NCBI RefSeq assembly: GCF_006345805.1
Contig: NC_043020.1
Coordinates: 24,614,001 to 24,678,000 of the forward strand
Origin: Octopus sinensis
Taxonomy: Eukaryota
Length of the DNA: 64,000 nucleotides
Reading direction: 5' to 3'
Below the pieces are notes generated by a model. The model was not told the DNA's origin, did no database searches, and saw only the letters and a program-made list of their open reading frames with translations. Position 1 is the first letter of the stretch. Each line of letters starts with the position of its first letter. This document shows, piece by piece, positions 54,301-64,000 of this stretch. A program made the position numbers and the translations under genes.

Positions 54301-55116
54301 ATATATATATACACCTCCATACACACACGCGCTATCTCTCTCTCTATCTCTCTCTCTCTCAGGTTTTTAGAATTGTAAATGGTTTCGAGTGGATCAATAT
54401 TTTCATCGGTGTAAAATATGAAAAATAAAATAAAATAAATGAACAATAAAAATAGAAACATAAAATAGAAGATAACTATAAAAAAATCACAAATGGTTCG
54501 ATATTTGATGTTCGTGAAATACTATTATAATGAATAATATTTCTTCAGATCTTGAGAAGGAGTCTTAGGTATTTTTCTTTCTTTTCTTTTTTTTCGATAA
54601 AATGAACGACGCTGTTCAACGGGGGCGTCCTCGGCGAAGAAGAATATTGTTACAGATTTCTTCCTCTCACTGGTTAAGAAGGAGCCTTAGTCCGAAAATC
54701 TTTGTGGTGCTACAAACCCCAGCCCCTGCAATGTCCTTACTGAATTTTAGTTTGGATTTGATCCGTAAATCCGTACGGAATTTTCTGGATTTGAGATTTT
54801 ATACAGAGAAAGAGAGAGAGAGAGACACACACACACACACACACACAAATATATATATATAGATAGACAAAGAAATAGATAAGGGATCAGAACCAGAGAA
54901 AGAAGTAGGGAGAGAAAGAGGGGGAGAGAGGGGGAGAGAGGGGGAGACCGAGGGGGGAGAGAAAGGTGGATGATAGGGGCAAATTGCAGACAGAAAATAA
55001 AACAGATGAAAATAGCACCGACTGATATGGAAAAGAGAAAGAATTTTAAGGACAAATTGCCGACGGAAGAACAGAGACAGTATGGATTGATAGGGAAGAG
55101 AGAGAGGGGGAGTGAC

Positions 55117-55148
<32 letters not shown>

Positions 55149-55940
55149 AGGATGTGTGTATGTGTGTGTCAAAAGTGCTAAATGGATTAAAGAAATTGAT
55201 AAGGTTAAAGACGAAAGATTAAATATTTTGTTTTTTATTGAGAGAGAAAATGAAAGATGGAGTCAGAAGATTAGTGAAGAAAGAAAGAAATGAAAGCAAG
55301 AAGATGAAGAAATGAAATGAAAGAGAATGAGAATAACAAGGAAAGAAAGAAAACTGGAAAGTAGAGAGAGAAGAAGGAATGGAGAAAGAATAAGAAAACG
55401 AAAGAGGGGAAGGAATGGACGAAAATATGAATGAAAGATAGAATGAAAAAGGAAAGAAGGTGGAAACAGAGGAACGAAATAAGTGAATGAAAATAAATGA
55501 ATAAAATGAGGAAGAAGAAAGCAAGAAAATAAAGAATGAAAAAGAAAAACAACGGAGACATTGAAAGGAGCGCAGGAAGAATAGAAGTGAAAAGAAAGAA
55601 GAAATAAAGAGAGAGAAATGTTGAAACAATGAGACACAATGGCAGCCAAAAAAAGTATTTGTCTTTGAGCCAAAGTCATTGTTTCTGGTGGTTACTGATG
55701 AGACTTCTACAGAAAAACCAGAAAGAACACAAGAATTCTTGACATGGTTAAATGTTTTCGTTTAACTTTCTTCCCTTCTCAACCACGAGTTTTGATTTTT
55801 ATCTTTTTTTGTGACCTCGTTTTCTTTGAAAAAAAAAGGAAAACATTTTTCTGTTATCAGAATCGTAGAACGAGAGAGGAGGGGGAGGGAGAGAGAGAGC
55901 TGTGAGAATATATTCACTTGTATATGTATATACAAATATA

Positions 55941-56372
55941 GGATCTTTTCGGTTTGAACGGCAGTTTTTTCTAGCGGTGTCATATGAAATTGTCACCCAT
56001 AATTATGACCCTAGTATCGATCTATTGCATTTCAATCTATTTTATGGTTAGAGTTAGGGTTAGGGCTAGGGGTGGGGGATGGGTATCTTTTTTTCTTCAG
56101 AAATGTAAATAAACCCAATCTGTTTCTTGAACGAGGGACATTTTCATACGGCACAGAATGTTTTCACCTCAATAGACGTCATTGATAGGTTGAAATTGCA
56201 GAAATTGAAGAAAAAAACAACAAATATCTTACAAACTATAGAATTTAATTTTCTCAATAAAGCCAAGAGAAAAAGATGTTTTCTAAAGTTATTCTACCAG
56301 TATACAAAGTTTAAGAGTGTTTAGTTACGTGGAAATTATTTTAAAAAACTGCCGTTCAAACCGAAATGATCC
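55941..56372. mobile_element. MITE with 30-bp TIRs (Mutator-like by TSD length) carrying TTAGGG-like repeats
   Basis: GGATCTTTTCGGTTTGAACGGCAGTTTTTT ... AAAAAACTGCCGTTCAAACCGAAATGATCC (1 mismatch); flanks TACAAATATA / CACAAATAAA (8/10) suggest a decayed 10-bp TSD. Confidence 0.8.
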
Positions 56373-56439
56373 CACAAATAAATACGTGTGTGTGTGTGTA
56401 TGTGTGTGTGTGTGTAGGTGTGTGTGTAGGTGTGTGTGT

Positions 56440-56700
56440 AGGTGCGTGGTCTAGTGGTTACAATGTTGTACTCACGATCGCAAGGGCATGGTTTCGACTC
56501 CGAGAGCGGGCGTGTGCTGAGTTCGTGAGCAAAAACTTTTTCCCCCATTCGTGTCTGCGATCACTTGGACATCTGACGCATGGCACACCTGGCAGCTAAA
56601 CAGGCAACGTTGATTTGATGGAGGCAGTGAGCTTAATGAACGGCACATAACACTTGATCAGGGTGTTCAAGAAACTATGGAACCCACCTCATCTGACATT
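56440..56700 (+). mobile_element. SINE family C, diverged
   Basis: GGTGCGTGGTCTAGTGGTTA A-box head, GGTTTCGACTCC B-box-like; similar to the 26602 copy. Confidence 0.6.
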
Positions 56701-56727
56701 TACAGCAGAAGGCTCCACATCTTTATG

Positions 56728-56760
<33 letters not shown>

Positions 56761-59284
56761 TGTGTGTATCTGAGTGAGAGAGAGAGCAAGAGTGAGAGAG
56801 AAAAGGAGAGCTAAATAGAGAGAGAGAGAAAGAGGAGATATCAAAAGCATCGAGTATTATATATATTCCTCGAAAGAGATTTAGAGAGAATCCTATATTA
56901 CTTATAAAGCATAAAACTTTAACTGATGTTGGCTATTATTGGTGACGCGATCTGTGTGTAGACAGACAGACGGACAGGCTGAAAGGATTTCTTTTAGAAA
57001 TTAATTTCCACTTTTAATATTGTCGCTAATAATGGAGAAGAGGAAAATGACAGCAATGATGATTCTGACGATGATGATGGACATGATAATGATTATATTA
57101 GTGATGGTGACGATGGTTTTAGCTAGAATAAGCCAGATTGTTTGTTACCCAAACCGACATATTGTTGTGGCTCTACCATCCTCTCTCTCTGCCCCTCTCT
57201 CTCCTTTCTACATCATTAATCAAACACCACCCCTATGCCACTATATAGCGTACACAACACTACAAGTTTCCAATGTCAACGTGGCAGCACAATTTGCTGG
57301 AAATAGCAATCAAAACTCCCTTAAATCACATTGTATTGGCTTAAAGATAGAAGCAACACATTGTATGATGTGGTCATGTCTGCTAGGTGGTCACGTGTGA
57401 ATGGCCCCTGATCTTTTACAAGGGCGACTTAAAGCAAACCAACAACACTTCGTCATGTAACACCACGATACCACACCAAGCAACTAATAAATGGTTATGC
57501 GATACGCAGAACAGATCTCCATGGCATCCAATCAGCGTATATGATACATGTTCTTAATATTTTTTGACCATTAAAATAGCTTGGGACTTGGGAAAGGAAA
57601 GCTTTATAATACTCAGAAAAAATCTGAAACCAAGCATGGACGTTGAGGAGAAAATTAGGAAAAAATCTTTGGACAGGCAAAAAGACGTGTAACAATTCGC
57701 CAGTGTCACATTAAAACTGTCTCTAACAGAAATGCTTAAGTTTTTGTCTGACACATGCTGTTACACGTGATACACAGAACAAACTAACTGGGAATTTACG
57801 AAAGTGAAGCTTTATATTACTGCGAACGTATGCGACAGGGGCTTACTAAATGTCCTAAAACATGCATGGATGTTTAGGACAAATTTAAGAAAAGGGTTTA
57901 TTCAGGACAAAGGTTTTAAAGACAAAATGGTCACAAGTGGAGCGCTTTTCGCCCTTGACCTGATAGGTTGGAAATGACACGAGGCCAGAGAACAATCCTG
58001 TCACCATACCAACAACAACAACCATAAATAACGCGAAAATAATCACCCTACCATTCACTACTACCACCATCACCCCAGCATTCCACCACCACACACCACC
58101 TCCCCACATCATCACAACTACCATCTCGTCTCACCAGCAGCGCCATCGCCCTCCCCCACCTTACCCCTCACCACCTCTCCCTTACCACCGCTACAACTTT
58201 CGTCTGTGTTGTCTTAGTTTTTTAGTGTGGTGGTGGGAAGGGGGGCTGTGTCGGTTCTTTATTCTTCCATATTTCATCTTAGCAACGTGACTCAGTGCCT
58301 TAGCAACCGAAAATGGTGGCGCAGGTGGTGTGCATATTAGTGATGGTGGTGTACGGGGGGGAGGGGTATAACGGTGGTGGTGGTAGGTTAATAGTAACGC
58401 CGACGAAAATGTCACGTGATACACAGATATGCGCTCAGACAAACACATACGCACATGCGCATTAGGTACTTTTGTTTCTTGTGTGTTGTTTTCAAAGACG
58501 TTAATTTATCAAGGTGTCAACATTCACGCTACAACCCCCACCACCACCACCACCACCACCACCACCACCACTACAACCACCACCGCTTCTGCCACTCGCA
58601 GCGTCACCACCGCTACCACCATTAACAACAACAAATTAAAAAGCCTCTACGTGGTCGCTCGATCTGCTAAAAATAGCAGTCAAATCTTCCTCAAATCACA
58701 CGCTATTGTCGTAAAAAAAAGATGTTGAATATTGAAGACCTGGATTGTCTGTGCATGCATCAAGGACAGGTTGGTCACAGCTGGAAAGGCTTTGATCTTG
58801 GGTCTGCTAGACCAAGGCAGAAGCATCACAGTAACCATTTATTCTAGTACCAACATTAACACCACCACCACCGCCACCACCACCACCGCCACCACCACCA
58901 CCACTACTACTACTACTACCGGCACTATTAGTACAATCATTACCACCACCACTACTACCACCACAACTATCTAAACTAATGCAATTAGCGTCGCCGCCGC
59001 CAACACAATATTACTGACGTCGCCACAACCCCACCACCACTACCACCACCACCATTTCAACCGTCACACTCTTCACCACCACCACTTCAATTCTTCATAA
59101 TCGTAATACCCCTCCCCACCCCACCCCCCGCTACCACACTTCCCAAATATGCCACGTCATTTGTCACATGTGGGACCAAGGTTCTCCTCTCACCACACCT
59201 CTATTCCCCACTTGTTAAATTGCTCTTAGTTTTTGTTGTTGTTGCAATGGCCGCTAATGCTTTCACAGTAAACGTTATTGTTGT

Positions 59285-59800
59285 AGGGGCGATGGATTAG
59301 TGGAATGCACGGTGCGTCGAAGAAAATGCAGCGTTTGTTCCGTCGTTTTACATGCAGAGTTCAATCCCGCCAAGTACCAGTTAAATGCTGGGGGATTCAT
59401 TTAATTGAAGAAACCTTCTCCCCACAAACAATTTCCATTCTTTTGCAGAAGCTAGAAACAATTGCTCTTCTCGTTGTTATTGTTGTTTCTGTTTTCCATC
59501 GACTTTGCCCTTTCATCTTTCGAGATCGATAAATAAAAGAGTACCAGTTAAAAAAGTACCCTTTCATCCTTTCGGGGTCGATAAATTAAGTACCAGTTAC
59601 GCACAGAGGTCGATGTAATCGACTTAATCCCTTTTTCTGTCCTTGTCTGTCCTTGTTTGTCCCCTCTATGTTTAGCCCCTTGTGGGCAATAAATAAGTTA
59701 AACCCCGAGGTCAGAATAATCGACCGCCTCCCACCCACTGATCGACTGGTCCCCTTGCCTTACAAATTTCAGGCCCCGTGCCAACATGAGAAATGATCGC
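59285..59800 (+). mobile_element. Cluster of SINE family A fragments
   Basis: Repeated CCTTTCATC(C/T)TT(T)CG(G/A)G.TCGATAAAT..AGTACCAGTT cores at ~59500 and ~59560 plus flanking decayed units. Confidence 0.7.
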
Positions 59801-60234
59801 TTTGTCGCTGCTCTTATTGCTTTTTATTATCGTTAGCCACCCACTTTCTCCTCCTCCTCTTGTTCTTCTTACGCAATTTGTGTTGTAATTGCGTTTTTTA
59901 TTTCGTTTTTGTCATTCAATATTGTTGCTGTTAACACCTTTAACTTACAAACAACATTCTTGTACTTGAATATCATAATTATGATGATGGTGGTGGTAGT
60001 GGCGGGGGGGTGTTATAGTAGTGATACCAACGAGGGTAATGGCGCATATAATGACGCTGCTGCTGCTAATGATTGTGGTGGCGGTGAAGATGACGATGGT
60101 GATGCTTATTAGAGTTGTGGTGATGACGACAAGAGTAATGATGCATATAATGATGCTACTGATGATGATGATCACGATGATGATTGTAATGATGATAATA
60201 TCGCCAATAATAATAATAATAATCATAATGGTTT

Positions 60235-60437
60235 CGAATTTTTGCCACAAGGGTAGCAATTTTGAGAGATGAGATGGGTCGATTAGATCGACCCCAGTGT
60301 TCAACTGGTATCTAATCCATCGACCCCGAAAGGATGAAAGGCAAAGTTGACCTCGGCGGAATTTGAACTCAGAACGTAAAAACGAACGAAACGCCGTTAA
60401 GCATTTCGCCCGACGTGCTAACGATTCTGCCAGCTCC
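60235..60437 (-). mobile_element. SINE family A, near full length
   Basis: atcgaccccgaaaggatgaaaggcaaagttgacctcggcggaatttgaactcagaacg...gctaacgattctgccagctc. Confidence 0.88.
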
Positions 60438-61925
60438 AATGCTTACCATCCCGTCTTTTTTTGGTGCCAGGGACTACGTTAGACACTATATCGTCAAATA
60501 TGTCCCTTCTTGAAGTGATGCGTTTTAATTTCTTTCTTTCTGTTTTTTTTTCTCCTTTAAACTCGTTCAGACGTGTTTAAGAGGATTAAAGAGTTGTTAC
60601 TTACTGATCGGTTGAGCAACAGATCATAAGAGCGGCGATGACGACGACGGTGACTACGACTACGCTGTTGATCATAAACACAACGATTGATAAAGATGGC
60701 GAGACCGATGACGAATATGATGATGATGAGTAAGAGGAAGACGCCGACGCTAATGGCGATGACGCCAATGGTGATGGCGCCAACGACGGGGACGCTAATG
60801 ATGACGACGATTCCTTTAAATCCTCGGTACCATTACCAAGTGGTCGATTACAGATTCAGTACCATAATAGGGAAGAACAACACGTTTAATGGCCATCTGA
60901 TATTTCTTTACGTCGTTGTCTGGTTTATACACTTGGCTTTCAAATACCAGGCTGATCCCTATTTAGGGAACGTAATTCCACGAAAAGAGGACGAAGGGGG
61001 AATCGACGAAATAAATCACCTGTTAAATACTCAGACCAAATACCCGAGGAGATAAAGCTGTGAAACTTTACCGTAAAAGAATTAAGAATCATTAGGAAAA
61101 TGAACTGATTCTGTCGCTGTTGGCAATTACTTCTTGGTCAGTCCTAGAATGGTAGATTTATAACAAAAGCCACGCCAATCATGACCATCTGGTCAATTTT
61201 TAATGTGCAAGGGAAGCTATTTTCTATTTTGTTTTTGAAGACTTCATATTGTGATCTTGGGTAAACTTCGCTGCTATTTCCATTTCGCTAATCTCATCAA
61301 TAACGTTGGATCTAATTATACGTTGTCGCTGTTCGCTATTCATGTTGTTATTGTCTCTGCTTCATTTATCATTCAAGTAATAACAGTTTTAGATCATTCT
61401 TTTATTCTTTCCATTCATGTTTTTAACCATCCACACCAATTAACCTCACTCCCGTTCCGATATATAACACTCAACAATGACACATACATACACAAACACA
61501 CAGCAACAGCCACGCGAAATTCCACACGGACATATGTGTACAACCACACATACATTGACACCAATAGTAGGGCACGCGTACACACACTTTATATATATAT
61601 ACACACACACACACACACGGATAGAGGTGCGGACAAATAAACGTGCACATATGTAACACTGGTGTATGTACACAACACGTAGACAACACACGCTCGCTCA
61701 TGCCGCTTGCATTCCGCTGAGCTTGCCTCGCATCTCTGGCATATTTCACATTCCAATGCCAATATCAGCAAAATTCCAGCATGCAAAGTGTCTCATAAAC
61801 TCACACACACACACACACACACACACACAAATGATATGTTATAAATACTTAAAAGCAGGGATGATTGTCTTGTAACATCAAAATAGAATTCTCAACGGCA
61901 CAAACATATGATGAACAACAAGTTC

Positions 61926-61976
<51 letters not shown>

Positions 61977-62006
61977 TGTAATAATTGTAATAATAATAAT
62001 AATAAT

Positions 62007-62037
<31 letters not shown>

Positions 62038-62040
<3 letters not shown>

Positions 62041-62680
62041 TCTACTAAAGGCACAAGGCCTGAAATTTTGGAAGAGGGAGCTAGCAGATTACATCGAACC
62101 CAGTGTTCAACACATACTTGTTTTATCGCGCCCGGAAAGAATTAAAGGCAAAGAGGACCTCCGCGGAAACAACGCAAAGCTTATTTTCCGACGCACTAAC
62201 GTTTTGCCAGTTCACCACTCAATTAATAACAATATTAGTTTCGAATTTTGGCACAAGACCAGCAACTTTAGGGAGAGCGGGGATAAGTGGATTATCTCGA
62301 CTAAAGTGTTCCACTTATTTTATCGCCTCCGAAAGAATGAAAAACTTAGTCTACCTCCACGATATTTGGTCTCAGAAGGAAAAACCGGATGAAACGCTGC
62401 TAAGCATTTTGTCCGGTATGCTAACAATTTCGCCAGCCCACCACCTTAATAATAATAATCATAGTAATTATTTCTATTCTAGACACAAGGCCTGAAATTT
62501 GGTGGATAGGGGTAGGCCGATTGCATCGATTCCAATACTCATCTGGTTCTTATTTTATTGACGCCAAAAGAATAAAAGGCAAAAATCGATCATTGTGGTA
62601 TTTGATCTCAGAACCCGAAGACGGACGAAACGCCGCTGAGCATTTTGTCCGGCCTCCTAACGATTCTGCCAGCACACCGT
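62038..62680 (-). mobile_element. Three head-to-tail SINE family A copies
   Basis: Units ~62038-62220, ~62238-62447 and ~62470-62680, each starting (plus strand) near G(G/A)CACAAG and ending near CTAAC.(A/T)TT..GCCAG, separated by (AAT)n. Confidence 0.82.
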
Positions 62681-62689
62681 TCTACAGTA

Positions 62690-62945
62690 GTAGTTAGTTG
62701 ATTTTTTGGCTCAAAAAGCAAAAAGCAAGGCCATGTAGGGGGACATGCAGTTATGTACAGGGTGGTGTTCATGTAAAGAGTTCAGGCCACTTGAGGTCAA
62801 GGGAGACCTTGAACCGAACGGTAGTTGGCATCTTCACCATCTCGTCTGGCAGCTTATTCCACGGATCCGCAACCCGGACGGAGAAAGCCCCTCTCCTTCG
62901 ATTGAGATGAAATCGTCGCAAGAGGAGGATCTGCGGAAATGCCAT
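62690..62945 (-). mobile_element. CR1-clade LINE 3' end
   Basis: RRRGAFSVRVADPWNKLPDEMVKMPTTVRFKVSLDLKWPELFT* matches the CR1 terminal FS.RV...WN.LP.......FK..LD motif; short 3' UTR ending in (CTA)n-like repeats. Confidence 0.85.
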
Positions 62946-63326
62946 GCTTTGTAAATGTTCTAAGTTTGTTGGATGAATTTGTATATTTTCATGACATAAC
63001 TTCGTTAATTTGAAGATTTCGATTGTCTTCGAGACGTATTTGTGGTAGTGACACAAGATGAAGGGTTGAAGTGGCACCAGAAATGGTAAGTGTTAGTAAG
63101 CGTCGGAGAAAGTAACAACTGACGAACAAAGATAGGTTACAAAATTTGAAATCGAGGCATGTAATGAAATTCTTGAGAAGGGAGCACCATTGGGAAGAAC
63201 AGATTCTGAGGAAGTTGTTTGAGTTATAAGTAAAATCTTTGAGACAAAACGGAAGAGAGAAACCTGAGGCACGATTAGTCATTTGTTATGACTCTTTCAT
63301 TTAAACTAATCGGATTACTGAGAGTG

Positions 63327-63365
<39 letters not shown>

Positions 63366-64000
63366 CGATGACAATATAGATAAAAATAACGTTGATGTGT
63401 GTGCATACATACGTTCATATAAACACATATACATACACACACGTGTACGGACATTGACCAATGTGCATGCACATATATACACATATATATACACACACGT
63501 GTATGGACATAGACCAACGTAAACACTGGAACTTATCTCGTTTTACTAATATTTATTAGATTAGAAACGTATTAAAATGATCAACGAAAACAAAGACAAA
63601 ACCGACAACATATTTAGAAATATTGAAAGTTAAGAACAATAGAGAAAACTAAGAGAAAAATATACGTTTTAAATTCCAGACAATTTTCAATGGTAAAAAG
63701 TATAAGCAGATGCGGGTTTTGTTTCGCCATTCATTATTCATGTATAATTCATTTATTATTTTTCGAAATAATTTTAGTTAATTAACATAAAAATGGACAG
63801 GAATAAAATTATAGTCTATTTGATTGATCACATCGATCAGTTTATTTTACTAAACAGCATTTTTACCACTAAGATACACTCAACGTACACAAGCCTTAGA
63901 TTTCTCTCAATTTCCAATTGTTCTCGACTATAGATTTATATACACACATTATCGACAATATTTGTTTATTTACTTATATTCTATATTATTGACTACACTG

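Noticed and set aside
55682-55725. Type III hammerhead at CTGATGAGAC...GAAAAACCAGAAA
   Set aside because: The outer stem TTTCTGGT/ACCAGAAA exists, but there is no stem I hairpin and stem II does not pair.
56047-56083. True telomere or chromosome fusion site
   Set aside because: Only a few degenerate units, enclosed by MITE TIRs.

Overview
AT-rich, extremely microsatellite-dense eukaryotic DNA. I can support no host protein-coding exon, tRNA gene or rRNA gene. Nearly all ORFs in the supplied track are translations of (AT)n, (CA)n, (GATA)n, (ACAT)n, (AAT)n, (AAG)n and (CAT/CAC)n repeats. The repeat landscape resembles an octopus/cephalopod genome (inference; not checked against a database). 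The non-simple sequence is mostly transposon debris: three tRNA-derived SINE families (one forming head-to-tail arrays, one carrying an internal microsatellite); 3' fragments of RTE, CR1 and R4/Dong LINEs; an internally deleted Tc1; hAT, pogo/Tigger and MULE-like MITEs; a piggyBac end; three non-autonomous Helitrons; and a Helentron/HINE-like element. The most interesting signal is a set of sequence-unrelated fold-back elements embedded in (TA)n (15585-15989, 30492-30802, 39331-39462, 48989-49123). Their arms contain complete or degenerate type I hammerhead ribozyme motifs reading outward from the palindrome centre. A probable Penelope-like element 3' end (GIY-YIG-like tail plus hammerhead, 19358-19625) suggests their origin. 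Several unique islands carry dense CRE/E-box/AP-1/YY1/RFX-like motifs and may be cis-regulatory. All structures were read by eye; coordinates of degenerate repeats are approximate.
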